From positions 448,001-512,000 of the forward strand of contig CAWBNQ010000005.1 of assembly GCA_963790205.1 (NCBI GenBank): DNA of 64,000 nucleotides, read 5' to 3'. The position numbers were made by a program, and so were the translations under genes. Under the pieces are notes generated by a model. The model had not been told where the DNA came from. It worked only from the letters and a program-made list of their open reading frames with translations, and did no database searches. This DNA is from Nitrospirota bacterium. Lineage in GTDB: Bacteria; Nitrospirota; UBA9217. Below, piece after piece: positions 48,437 through 59,314 of this stretch. Numbering within the stretch: the stretch's first letter is position 1; each line of letters begins with the position of its first letter.

Positions 48437-51400
48437 ATGCAGCTTAAAACCCTCGAAATGATCGGCTTTAAATCCTTCTGTGACAAAACAACGGTCACAT
48501 TTCAGCCCGGCGTCACTGCCGTGGTGGGGCCGAACGGGTGCGGCAAGAGCAACATCTCCGATGCCATCCGCTGGGTACTGGGCGAGCAGAGCGCAAAACA
48601 TCTCCGCGGGGACAAGATGGAGGATGTGATCTTCAACGGGAGCGAGAGCCGCAAGCCCCTGGGCATGGCCGAAGTCATCCTCAGGCTTACGAACATCGGA
48701 GGAAACCTTTCATCCGAGTTCGGGCAGTACCAGGAGATCGAGATTACCCGCCGGCTTTACCGCTCCGGAGAGAGCGAATACCTCATCAACAAGATCCCCT
48801 GCCGCCTGAAGGACATCCGCGATCTCATGATGGACGCCGGCGTCGGCGCCAAAATTCACGCCATCATCGAACAGGACAAAGTGGACCAGATTCTCTCATC
48901 CAAACCGCAGGACCGCCGATTCCTGTTCGAGGAAGTAGCCGGCGTGATGAAGTACAAGGCGCGGCGGCAGGAGGCCCTCTCCAAGCTCGAATCGACCCAA
49001 CAGAACCAGCTCCGCGTGAACGATATCATCATTGAGGTCAAGCGCCAGGTCAACTCACTCGACCGCCAGGCAAAAAAAGCGGAGCGCTTCCAGAAGCTCC
49101 GGGCCGAAATGAAAGACCTCGACTTTAGGCTTGCCTCGGTCGATTACTCAAACCTCGGCCTCGAATGGACGACCTCATCCGAAGAGTTCAAAAAACTGGA
49201 AGACGAAGTGACGGAACTGCATGCGTCCCTCGGCAGGATCGAGTCGACTATCGAGGAAACCAGGGCCGACGCCCTGTCCGCTGAACATGAGCTTTCAATG
49301 CTCCAGCACAAGATCCACGAGACCGAGACCGCGCTCAGCCGCGCCGAACACCGCGTAGAGATGTCCAAAAGCCAGATCGCATCGCTCACGGAGCAGCGGG
49401 GCCGCGACCTGGCCGACAGGGAATATCTAAAACAGGAAACAACACGGGTGGCCGAGCAGAAGGTGCGGCATGAGGAAGAATCCCGGGTGCTGTCAGCCTC
49501 GATCAATGAGAAGAACACCGTACTCGGTGACCGGGCTGCAACCCTGGAATCCCTCTCGCAGGCGCTCAAGGAAAAGGAAGCTTCGCTCGAGGAAACGCGA
49601 ACCGGGATCCTGAACGCAATGACGGCATCAGCGGCGGAGAAAAACACTTTATCCAACCTCCGGTCTCGCATCTCGCAGATAGACGAACAAGATGAGCGGG
49701 GAATGGCGGAAAAGCAGGACCTGGAACGGAAACTCCAGGAAAGCACCGCGCTCCTCGCGGCCAAAGAGCGCGAGCTTGAAGAAATAACAGCGCGAACAAA
49801 CGCGGCCCGGGAAGAGCGCATGCAGGTTATGGAGCGGCTGGAGCAGGCGCTCGCGAAGAAAAAGTCGCTCGAAAACGCAACCAATGAAAGCAGAAACAGG
49901 CTCGCCGGCCAGAACTCCCGCCTTCGCTCCCTGATCGAGCTGGAGCAGAGCCTCGAAGGCTATCAAAAGGGCGTGAGGACCGTCATGTCCGCGCGCAAGG
50001 AAGCTTCTGCGGAAGAACACCTGGGGACCATTCATGGGCTCGTTGCGGACATGATCGAGACCGAGCCGCGGTATGAGGTTGCGATCGAGGCCGTGCTCGG
50101 AGACCGGCTCCAGTACGTGGTCGTGGATTCCCAGCATGATTCTCTCAAAGCCATCGACTATCTCAAGACCAAAAGCGGCGGACGGAGCACCTTCGTGCCG
50201 AAGACCCCGCGCGAAATGAAATCCGAGCCCTTTATAAAGAACGGCCATGCCGGCGTCATCGGCTCTGCGCTCAACATCGTGCGCTACAAGGACAACTACA
50301 GCAGCGTGGCCCAATATCTGCTGGGCGATGTGGTCGTTGTGGACACCATGGATACCGCCCTTTACTTGTGGCACAAGGAGGGTTTCAACAAGACCGTCGT
50401 CACCCTTTCCGGAGAGATCGTCGATCCCTGGGGCGCGGTCACCGGCGGAGCTGTTGAAGCCGTCGGCACCGGCATGCTCACCAAGCGTCGCGAGATCAAG
50501 GACCTGGAGCACGAAGTGGCCGACCTTACCGTAGCGATCGCGCGGCTCGAAGCGGAGCTCTCGTCGGCCGACGCCGCGATAGAATCGGACAAAAGGATCG
50601 AGGCAGAACTCGCGCAGCAGATCCACCGCATGGAGATCGAGTTCGTCAACAAGGAGAAGGATCGCACGACGGTCGGCGACGAAATCGGCCGCGCTCAGGA
50701 ACGCACCAGGGCCCTCGATACCGAGGCGGCAGAACGCGCATCACAGCGGCGGGAGCTGAATGCAGGGATCGAGCGCGCTTCGGAAGTGCTTCACGGGCTG
50801 GAGGCCGGACACACGAACGCACAGGCAAATATCGAGTCGCTGCAGGTAGAGCTTTCGCTCAAAAAGGAAGAGCTGGAGATCGCGCGCGCTGCGATCACCG
50901 AGATCCGGATGGAAATCACCGCACTTCAGGAAAAACAGGCTGCGGCCTCCAGAAACGCCGAGACACTCATCCGTGCCGAATCGGAATTGGGCGAGCGACT
51001 TGCGAAACGCGAGTCTGAAATCACCGATATTGCAACGAAGCTGACCGGGCTTGAATCCGCCATCACGGAAGCCGAGACCGAGATCAGGGGCCATATCGAA
51101 ATACTCGATGCTGAGCGCCGCGTCCTCGTCTCGAAGCAGGAGGCGCACACGACCAAGACGCACGTGCTCCATGCTGCCGAGGAACAGGCCCGGCTGATGC
51201 ATCATGACATTGACGCCGCCCAGAAACGTCTCTCTGCCAATGAGGTCAAACGCACCGAGCTCCGCATGAAGATCGAACACTTGAAAGACACCGTGTGGAC
51301 CACCTATCACACGGAGCTCGAGGCTGTTGTCCAGGAACTGGGGCAATTCGAGATAAACACTCGAGGAATCGAAGGCCCGGCTCGACGAGCTGCGCCAGAA

Positions 51401-52019
51401 GATAGACCAGATGGGGCCGATCAATGTCGATGCGCTGCAGGAGTACAACGAGCTCAAGGAACGCTACGACCTCCTCTCCGCGCAGCAAAACGACATCAAC
51501 GAGTCGATCAACAACCTCAAGGCGACCATCGCCAAGCTCGACGGCGAGACCAAGGAGCTGTTCAGCGAGGCCTTTAACGCCATCCAGGAAAAGTTCAAGG
51601 AGGTCTTCTCCCTTCTCTTCGAGGGCGGCAGGGCCGAGCTCGTGCTCCTCGATGAATCGAACATCCTCGAATCGGGCATCGAGATCATCGCCCAGCCCCG
51701 GGGCAAGAAGTTTCAGAGCATCACGCTCCTGTCCGGCGGCGAGCGCGCGCTCACGGCCATCGCCCTCCTCTTCGCGGCCTTCCTGGTAAAGCCAAGCCCC
51801 TTCTGCATGCTCGACGAGGTTGACGCCCCGCTCGACGAGGCGAATGTGACGCGCTTCACCCGGCTCATCCGTGAGATGAGCAACCGCTCGCAGTTCATCA
51901 CGATTACGCACAACAAGCGGACCATGGAGATGGCCGACGCGCTCTATGGCATCACCATGGAAGAACCCGGATGCTCCCGCGTGGTATCGGTCAAGCTGCG
52001 GGAGCCGGCCATGGCGTAA
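48437..52019 (+). CDS. smc: Chromosome segregation protein SMC, frameshifted at about 51360
   Basis: GPNGCGKSN, hinge and coiled coils in the first frame; LSGGE, LDEVDAPLD and ITHNK in the +1 frame. Confidence 0.95.
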
Positions 52020-52090
52020 CCCTCAATTTCCGCTTTCCAGAATGCATGCCCTGTGATATCCTGCTGAACATGGCTCCCGTGGCATGTAGC

Positions 52091-52769
52091 ATGACGGGAA
52101 AGACATTTCCCCTGCTCCTCCTCATTGTCGTTCTCTTGCTCCTGCGGCCTCTAACGCCATACAGTGAAACGATTGAGGTCGCCTCCGGTAGCGAGCCGCC
52201 GCCCCCTGCCGAACAGTTCAAGCGGCTCGAGATCGTGTTCGAACCGATGCTTACTACACGGACCTCGAACGCATTGTCGCGCTCACAAAAAAGCCGATAC
52301 CTCACGTGGGGGAAAAAGCCAAAACGGATATTCACGATCGACGGCAGGAGCTTGAATGGAAGAAACTGAGCTGGAGCTTTCGTATCGGTAAACTTCACGA
52401 CAACCCGGATATTACGGAAATCGTGTATCTCTCGTTCAGGAGAAGCAGGCTTTATTAAGCCCGGGGAGCCTTCCCTCTTCAACAACAGCGGCTTTGAATT
52501 CTGGAGTAAGCGCATTCCCCGCGGATGCCTATACGAACCTTCATTTGCTGCGGGGCAGCTTCAATATCCCTACGACATGGACTGGAAGAATCTCAAGCCC
52601 ATCAGACACTATTTTTATGTAGATAAAAAATGGCCCTTCGAAAACAAACAGATGGCTTTTTCGCTTGCCCTGGGATTTGTGTGGGAATCCGCCCATAAAT
52701 ATACCGGAGAACTTGCCTCCCCGGGGAGCAACTTCCAGCTTATTTTAAGACCGAATATCGAGTTCTCAG
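52091..52769 (+). pseudogene. Decayed exported / outer-membrane protein gene
   Basis: Signal peptide; frameshifts near 52246 and 52455; 66-bp element insertion at 52499-52564; C-terminal FQLILRPNIEF. Confidence 0.6.
52494..52564 (-). mobile_element. Minimal copy of the TTGAA...TTCAA mini-element
   Basis: TTGAAGCTGCCCCGCAGCAAATGAAGGTTCGTATAGGCATCCGCGGGGAATGCGCTTACTCCAGAATTCAA. Confidence 0.75.
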
Positions 52770-52771
52770 GA

Positions 52772-53941
52772 TCACTGTTTCCCACCCGCCACGGACAGGA
52801 CGATTTGTTCCCGGGTGACCGTATCCGGCGAAACCGTACTCACATCGTAACCGGGAGAAGGGAAACCAGGAGAAGGGAAACCGGGAAGCGCGGTCATATC
52901 GCGGACCGCCGATTCCTTGCCCGGTGAACAGACGATCGCCCTGATCTGATCGCCCTGTTTAACGACCGTGATCTGATCGATCGGCTGATCGGCCTTGTCC
53001 GGCACAGCCGCTTCCAGGTGGTTCATTTCCTCCTGCATTTTTTTATCCAGGGTGGTCTGGATGGTCCAGCCCCCTCGATATATCCTCTCGTCCCCGAACA
53101 ATCTGACCAGGATCTGTTCAAGGGCATATTGATAGCAGGGTCTCCCATTCGTTGCGTTCAGCACAGACAAATCAAATCTGTTTGAATTCTCCTGCCTGAG
53201 GGGTAAGGGTGATTTTATGGACGCATCATAGACCTCGGGAGTAATCAGTTTTGCCTGAAGCATATTGGACAGGACGCGTTCCTGCCGGTCCTTTGCCTTG
53301 TCCGGCCTCTTGAAGGGATTGTAGTAACGCGGGTTCGGGAGCATGCCTGCAAGCAAAGCGGCCTCTCCCGGCGTCAGTTCGCTGGAATGCTTGTCGAAAT
53401 AGAAACGGCTTGCAGCTTCAATACCGTAGATATTATTTCCCCACTCGACCGCATTCATGTATATTTCAAGGATCTTCCGCTTCGTCAGCAGTTCTTCCGC
53501 CCTCCGTGCCAGGAAATATTCACGGAGTTTGCGGCTGATGGTTTTTTCCTTGGACAGGAGGACGTTCTTTATCATCTGCTGGGTGATGGTGCTTCCGCCG
53601 CGTGCGAACCGCCTTTTCTCCACATCGTGAACGAGCGCGTCCCACGTCGCCTTGTAGTTAACGCCGTGGTGCTCGAAAAAGGTGTCGTCTTCAGCGGTCA
53701 CCACTGCCTGGACGACGATCTCGGGAAGAGAGGACACGGGGACCCATATCCTGAATTTACGGTCTGAGTACTCGGTCAGAATAGTACCGTCCCGATCCAG
53801 CACCTCGGAAGCAGCTGCGGGCCGGTAGTGTTTCAGGATTGATACGTCGGGAAGATTGGAAAGGATCCGGATCACCCAGAGCGTAACTATAAGAACGCAG
53901 AGCGCGAAGATGCCGAGCCCCGCTAAAATTACTTTTTTCAT
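52772..53941 (-). CDS. Peptidoglycan transglycosylase (GT51) without transpeptidase domain
   Basis: AEDDTFFEHHG, GGSTITQQ, RKLRE, KILEIYMN and YGIEAAS. Confidence 0.88.
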   Translation of the reverse strand: MKKVILAGLGIFALCVLIVTLWVIRILSNLPDVSILKHYRPAAASEVLDRDGTILTEYSDRKFRIWVPVSSLPEIVVQAVVTAEDDTFFEHHGVNYKATWDALVHDVEKRRFARGGSTITQQMIKNVLLSKEKTISRKLREYFLARRAEELLTKRKILEIYMNAVEWGNNIYGIEAASRFYFDKHSSELTPGEAALLAGMLPNPRYYNPFKRPDKAKDRQERVLSNMLQAKLITPEVYDASIKSPLPLRQENSNRFDLSVLNATNGRPCYQYALEQILVRLFGDERIYRGGWTIQTTLDKKMQEEMNHLEAAVPDKADQPIDQITVVKQGDQIRAIVCSPGKESAVRDMTALPGFPSPGFPSPGYDVSTVSPDTVTREQIVLSVAGGKQ

Positions 53942-53952
53942 GGCAAGCACTT

Positions 53953-54047
53953 ACCGCAAAGCCACGAAGACCACGAAGAACTTACAAAAAAAACGAACAA
54001 CCGGCGGTGTAAAGTCTTTCTTTGTCAGCCTCGCGCGCTTCGTGGTG
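53953..54047. repeat. Nonamer-based inverted repeat
   Basis: gccacgaag accacgaag ... ctcgcgcg cttcgtggtg. Confidence 0.55.
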
Positions 54048-54101
54048 AAAAAATCCTCGTTATGTGAACTGCATCAGCTAAGGAATGTCGACGAATAAGC
54101 T

Positions 54102-54671
54102 TTATTGGTGATCAATCATGTCCCTGATGGCTTTTACATTCGCGGGATTTGACCAGTCCGCCGGCCCGATCACCTTGTAGCGAACGATGCCGCTGCGGTC
54201 GAGAAGGTACGTTTCGGGAAATTTGAACGTGCCGTAGGATTTGGCAACCGACCCTCCGGGGTCCAACAGCACGGGCAGGGTCAGCCTGTTTCTTTGCAGA
54301 AAGGAGGCCACCGCTTCCGCCCCTCCTTCGTCCACGCTCACGGCCAGAAGCTCAAAGTCCTTGCCGGCTAAACTGCGGTACATACGCTCGAGGGCCGGCA
54401 ACTCTTCAACGCAGGGCGGACACCACGTGGCCCAGAAATGCACCATCACGACCTTCCCGCGATAATCCGCCAGCCCCTCCTGTTTCCCGTCCAGGGCAGA
54501 AAGGCGGAATTCCGGCGCTCGATCGCCTTCCTGGATGATCTTTTTTGCCCGTGGTCCTTCCTTCGCGACGAGAAGCAGGAACAACAACCCCGCAGCGACG
54601 ACAAGGATCGCCAGGATGATGCCTCTTTTAGCCGCTGTACCGATCGTTCCTGTTCCCGGCCGTTGATCCAT
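54102..54671 (-). CDS. TlpA/ResA-family thiol:disulfide oxidoreductase
   Basis: TM anchor, HFWATWCPPCVEE and FPETY; start 54671 or 54728. Confidence 0.92.
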   Translation of the reverse strand: MDQRPGTGTIGTAAKRGIILAILVVAAGLLFLLLVAKEGPRAKKIIQEGDRAPEFRLSALDGKQEGLADYRGKVVMVHFWATWCPPCVEELPALERMYRSLAGKDFELLAVSVDEGGAEAVASFLQRNRLTLPVLLDPGGSVAKSYGTFKFPETYLLDRSGIVRYKVIGPADWSNPANVKAIRDMIDHQ

Positions 54672-54833
54672 CACCGTAACCCCCTCAGCCCTCTTCAAGT
54701 CGAAGCGCGGAGATTCGCTTCGATGCACAACTGGAAAATTATACCTTTTTCCCTGCGGCAGAGCAAGCCATTTTAACCGCGCGGTCTCTTTTTAGTTTGA
54801 AAATGCAAGGCAGTCTGATATAATAACTCCGTT

Positions 54834-56654
54834 ATGATCCACGAGATAAAGCTCAACGGGAAAGCCAATGAAAAGCTGGATTACTATGTGACCATCACCG
54901 GCGCGGACCTGAGCGGCAGATATTTCTACGAATGCCTTCCCGATGGCGACCGTTTTTTTTCAGGCGGCAACGAATTCGTGATCCGGCACGACGGCGTGCG
55001 CTATATGGGCACCGGCGGAAGCCTCTGCGAATACATGTTCGGCGTGGACCTGCCGCTCAAAGACCTCCTGCGGAAAGACGTCTCCAACCGCCTGGTCATG
55101 TACGGCGCCTTCTACGACAAGACCGACAACATAGCCTTCACGAACAACACCGCGGGCAGGGAGTCCTTCGACCAGGTGTTCCTCTCGGGCAACGCCGTTT
55201 CCAATTATTATTTCTTCGTTCACTCCACGCAAAAATCGGAAATCAGGGACCTGCAGCGGGAAATTCTGAAGACCATCGGCAAACAGGTCAAACGAAGCGA
55301 TACCGTCGGGGCCGTCGATGACAGCCGGCTCTGCCGCGAGATCTTCGACGCCATGGGGGACCCCAAAGCGCTGATTTTTCTCTTCCGGCTGGTGAACAGG
55401 CACAACGAGGAATATTTTCAGACCTTCAACAAGCTCTACATCGAACAGAAGGCCATCTCGGCCGAAGGCAATGCCGTCATGGAGGCCCTGGCGAAAAAAT
55501 ACAATATTATTCCCTACCAGCAAGAACGCATCAAGATAGACGGGATGTATAAATTACCGGAGAACAAGAAGATCGTCGATGAATACAAAGATATTTTGAT
55601 CGCCGTCTCGGACAAGGGCGAAGTCAACCCGTCGGAGCTCGCCAAGTTGTCTCGGCTCAGAACCCTCAGCCTCCGGCTCAACATCCCCCATACGCTCTTC
55701 GATACCCTCGATGAACTGCTCCTGAAGGACATGAACATCGTAGAGGTTGAGGAGCCGGATTACATCAGGGACACCCGCGCGATCTTCGAAGGTCTTTTCT
55801 TCAGGGCGGACAAGATCAGGGGGCATGTCTCATCTGAAGACCTCATTAAACTTCTCAAGGCCAAGCAGAAATCCACCACGCACCGCGATCCGGCCTTCGA
55901 GAGTCTGCTCCTCGACACGGTGCGGGCCTGTGATGAGCACGCCCGGGACACGAACGACACGACCGTGCTTGAGGCCATGAGCCACATCCTCACCTATTTC
56001 GACCGCTACGACAGCGCCGCAACCACGATCAACAACCTTGCGTTCATGGAGAACTCCATCCTGAGTGAAGACCAGATCAGGAGCCTTTCCGGCAACAAAG
56101 AGATCTTCGACAAAATACATCAGGACCTGTTTCGCGAGCTCTTTATGGACTACCTCCGGGACAACCGGTATCTCACGCGCTACGGCCGCAAGAAGGTAGA
56201 CACCCTTCACCGTGGCCTCCTGCAGATCAAGAGCGGCGATATGACATACCGGGAACTATCCGCCATCCTCATGACGATCAACGAGGACGACCAGCTCTAT
56301 ACGGCCATCCACCGCTATATCAAGGACCGGTTCAAGAGCATTTACGCGGAACTGAACTCGAAAGAGGACCAGGAGATATTCATCCAGGACCTCAACCGTG
56401 AGATACAGTCCAAGGGAATCGTCGAGGGGCCGATACCGCACGGCGTTTTCGAAGAGATCATCCTCGACATTCGCAAAGAGTCCTTTTACCTCAACAACCT
56501 CCTGCCGCACATTATCGTGTCCCGTGACAGCAGGGTACGCGAGGATTTCCTCCTGAACAGCGGTCTCGACCGGTTTTATGTTGAGGAACTCGAACGGGAC
56601 TACTTCGACATGAACAGGATCGAGATGAACATCCTCGAGGAGATCAGGAAATAG
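54834..56654 (+). CDS. Conserved hypothetical protein resembling the TIGR04442 family
   Basis: 606 aa; RFFSGGNE, GTGGSLCEYMFG, NRLVMYGA, YQQERIKID and REDFLLNSGLDRF; family recalled from motifs, not searched. Confidence 0.75.
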   Translation: MIHEIKLNGKANEKLDYYVTITGADLSGRYFYECLPDGDRFFSGGNEFVIRHDGVRYMGTGGSLCEYMFGVDLPLKDLLRKDVSNRLVMYGAFYDKTDNIAFTNNTAGRESFDQVFLSGNAVSNYYFFVHSTQKSEIRDLQREILKTIGKQVKRSDTVGAVDDSRLCREIFDAMGDPKALIFLFRLVNRHNEEYFQTFNKLYIEQKAISAEGNAVMEALAKKYNIIPYQQERIKIDGMYKLPENKKIVDEYKDILIAVSDKGEVNPSELAKLSRLRTLSLRLNIPHTLFDTLDELLLKDMNIVEVEEPDYIRDTRAIFEGLFFRADKIRGHVSSEDLIKLLKAKQKSTTHRDPAFESLLLDTVRACDEHARDTNDTTVLEAMSHILTYFDRYDSAATTINNLAFMENSILSEDQIRSLSGNKEIFDKIHQDLFRELFMDYLRDNRYLTRYGRKKVDTLHRGLLQIKSGDMTYRELSAILMTINEDDQLYTAIHRYIKDRFKSIYAELNSKEDQEIFIQDLNREIQSKGIVEGPIPHGVFEEIILDIRKESFYLNNLLPHIIVSRDSRVREDFLLNSGLDRFYVEELERDYFDMNRIEMNILEEIRK

Positions 56655-56656
56655 CC

Positions 56657-57829
56657 ATGTTCAGGATGCGCATATTGGACCGGTATATTTTCCGTGAAAT
56701 ACTCACGCCGTTTTTTCTCAGCCTCGCCGCGCTTACCCTGGTGTTGTTTCTCCAGAGAATGTTCAGGCTTGCCGAGCTCGTTGTCTCCAAAGGGGCCACC
56801 GTGTCGTCAACAGCCAGGCTGTTCGCGTACATCATGCCGAGCTTTCTGGTCCTTACCGTTCCCATGTCGTTTCTCGTGGGAACGCTGACGGCTTTTACCC
56901 AGCTCTGTTCGGACTCGGAAGTGACCGCCATGAAGGCTTCCCGCATCAGCCTCTATAATATGATCCGTCCGGTCATGCTCTTCGCTGTTCTCGCGTTCAC
57001 GTTCACGGCGCTGACCTCACTGATTGTCGCTCCCGCGGCCAATCATGCGCTCAAGGTACAACTGTTCAATATGGTCAAATCGCGCGCGATGGTCGGCATT
57101 GAGCCCGGCGTGTTCAGCAACACCTTTGACGGCATGGTAATCTACGTGGACAAGATGGAGTCGCTCGACGATATGAAGGGCATTTTCATTTCCGACGAAC
57201 GGTCCGCCAAAGAGCCCTATGCCATTGTCGCGCAACGCGGCAGGCTCATCGCCGATCCCGAGTCGCTCAACGTTACCCTTGCGATGAGTCAGGGTGCGAT
57301 CCACACTTTTCCCCGGGATGAGCAGTCGTATTCGACCATGGACTTTGATTCCGGCAACCTCTACCTGGACATCAGCCATGCCTTGGTTCAAAGAGGGTCT
57401 TCAGATACCGACTTCGACGAGATCGGCAGCCTCGAGTTGTTCCATGAATTGAAACGCGCGAGGGCCGAGGGGAAACCCACCATCGACATCGAGAGCGAAC
57501 TCCATAAACGCCTGTCGATCCCCTTCGTCTGCCTGATCTTCGGGCTGATCGGCGCACCACTCGGCATTCGACGGAGCCGCTCGGGCAAGTCCGCGGGGAT
57601 CAGTGTGGCGCTGCTGGTCTTCCTGGTCTATTATATGGTCCTTGCGGCGGGGACAAATCTTTCCGACACGGGAAAACTTTCACCCGCCATTGCCTACTGG
57701 CTGCCGAATGTCCTGATGACGGCTGCAGCGGGAATGCTCGTCTACATGAAGGGACACGAGAAGGATTTTAATGTTTTCCGCCCCCTGGTAGAATGGTATC
57801 ACCGTCTCAGGACAAGGAACCGGGTGTAA
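56657..57829 (+). CDS. lptF: LPS export ABC permease LptF
   Basis: ILDRYIFRE, SDSEVTAMKAS and ELHKRLSIP. Confidence 0.9.
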   Translation: MFRMRILDRYIFREILTPFFLSLAALTLVLFLQRMFRLAELVVSKGATVSSTARLFAYIMPSFLVLTVPMSFLVGTLTAFTQLCSDSEVTAMKASRISLYNMIRPVMLFAVLAFTFTALTSLIVAPAANHALKVQLFNMVKSRAMVGIEPGVFSNTFDGMVIYVDKMESLDDMKGIFISDERSAKEPYAIVAQRGRLIADPESLNVTLAMSQGAIHTFPRDEQSYSTMDFDSGNLYLDISHALVQRGSSDTDFDEIGSLELFHELKRARAEGKPTIDIESELHKRLSIPFVCLIFGLIGAPLGIRRSRSGKSAGISVALLVFLVYYMVLAAGTNLSDTGKLSPAIAYWLPNVLMTAAAGMLVYMKGHEKDFNVFRPLVEWYHRLRTRNRV

Positions 57830-57842
57830 TCAAAAAACAGCC

Positions 57843-58928
57843 ATGAGGATACTCAGCAAACACATATTCGGCGAATTTATTCGCATCTTTCTCGCCGTTC
57901 TGATCGGCATCCTTGTCGTTTACCTATGCATGGACTTTCTCCAGAAGGCGGACCGGTTCATCAAGTACAAGGCGAACATCGCCCAAATCGCCGTCTATTT
58001 TCTGTACAGCCTGCCCGGCATGGCCGCCTCTTCCCTGCCGATCGCCGCGCTCATGGCCTCGCTCCTGTCGCTCGGGAACCTGTCCCGCTATAGCGAGATC
58101 ATCGCCATGCGTGCAAGCGGCGTCAGCTTGGCCGCAATCATTGCTCCAGTCCTCACCGCCGGTCTTTTAATATCTGCTATAGGTTTTTTCAACAATGAAT
58201 ACATCATGCCGGTCTATACGGCGCGCGCCAACTTCATCAAGAACGTCGAGATCGAAAAGAAACAGCAGCATGCCGTATTCCAGCAGCGAAAGCTGTGGTT
58301 ACGGGGACCGGATAACAGCATTGCCAATATCGACCTGATTTCGCCCGATCGCAATGAAATGATCGGCGTCAGCGTCTTTAAATTGACCCCTGACTTCACG
58401 GTGCGGGAGCGAATCAAGGCGGACAGTCTCCTGTGGGAAAACGGTGCGTGGAGATTCAAACATGGCCGGAAATTCGTATTCAACGGCGACACGGTGCAGG
58501 TCAGTTCGGCGGATGGAGAGATATTCAATATCGTCGACAGCCCCGATGATCTCGGCATGATTGCAAAAAGCTCGGAAGAGATGAATTTTATGGAACTGTG
58601 GGATTACGTGAAAAGACTGAAAATGAGCGGATATGAAGCGGCGCGTTACGAAGTGGACCTCTACAGCAAGTTGTCGTTCCCGCTTTCGAGCCTTCTCATG
58701 GTCCTGATCGCTACGCCGCTTTCGCTCCAGAAGGTCCGGAGCGGCGGGACCGGCAAGGGGATCGCGCTCGCCGTGCTCATTGCGTTCATCTACTGGGGGC
58801 TGGTGAGCGTCGGTACCGCGCTCGGCCGCTCGGGCGCGCTGCCTCCCTTGGGCGCAGCGTGGATCGCGAACGTCCTTTTCGCCTCAGCTTCGCTCTTTAT
58901 CCTGTTCAGAATGCAGAAAACAAACTGA
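57843..58928 (+). CDS. lptG: LPS export ABC permease LptG
   Basis: LSRYSEIIAMRASG, KLSFPL and AAWIAN; tandem with lptF. Confidence 0.9.
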   Translation: MRILSKHIFGEFIRIFLAVLIGILVVYLCMDFLQKADRFIKYKANIAQIAVYFLYSLPGMAASSLPIAALMASLLSLGNLSRYSEIIAMRASGVSLAAIIAPVLTAGLLISAIGFFNNEYIMPVYTARANFIKNVEIEKKQQHAVFQQRKLWLRGPDNSIANIDLISPDRNEMIGVSVFKLTPDFTVRERIKADSLLWENGAWRFKHGRKFVFNGDTVQVSSADGEIFNIVDSPDDLGMIAKSSEEMNFMELWDYVKRLKMSGYEAARYEVDLYSKLSFPLSSLLMVLIATPLSLQKVRSGGTGKGIALAVLIAFIYWGLVSVGTALGRSGALPPLGAAWIANVLFASASLFILFRMQKTN

Positions 58929-58951
58929 TATGAGCGACCCTTCTCGTTGAA

Positions 58952-59311
58952 ATGAATAAGATATTTTTTTCACAACGCATTCTCGACAGCCTGACCGATG
59001 AAGGCAAAATCAAGCTCGACAGGAACAGTATCACGCTGCTCACTCCTGACAGACCCTCCTTCGAACTGGAGCCTGCATACCGGTTCGTCAGGACATCGGA
59101 CGGGGGCCCGGACCCGCATGGCCTTGTGGGCCGGATAAAATATGAGAAGGAGGTGAAGGCGTTGAACGCCGAGGTCTATCTGAACTCCGTCATTTACGGG
59201 GAAACCGCCTACGAGATAGAGACTGGCTTCATCGGAGAGAAAAAGGAGCTCCTTGACCGGCTCTCGGATACCGAGCTTCTCGCCCGGTTCCTCCTTGACA
59301 CGCTGCTCTAG
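58952..59311 (+). CDS. Hypothetical protein
   Basis: 119 aa ORF within the operon; DPHGLVGRIK and AEVYLNSVIYGE. Confidence 0.7.
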   Translation: MNKIFFSQRILDSLTDEGKIKLDRNSITLLTPDRPSFELEPAYRFVRTSDGGPDPHGLVGRIKYEKEVKALNAEVYLNSVIYGETAYEIETGFIGEKKELLDRLSDTELLARFLLDTLL

Positions 59312-59314
59312 CAC

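Noticed and set aside
51340..51380. Programmed frameshift in smc
   Set aside because: No recognisable slippery or +1 recoding signal; the shared CT pattern favours an artefact
52364..52372. TGA at 52367-52369 as Sec readthrough joining ORFs 51971 and 52577
   Set aside because: No Cys-type motif context, and the protein-like sequence here lies in another frame; a pseudogene explains it better
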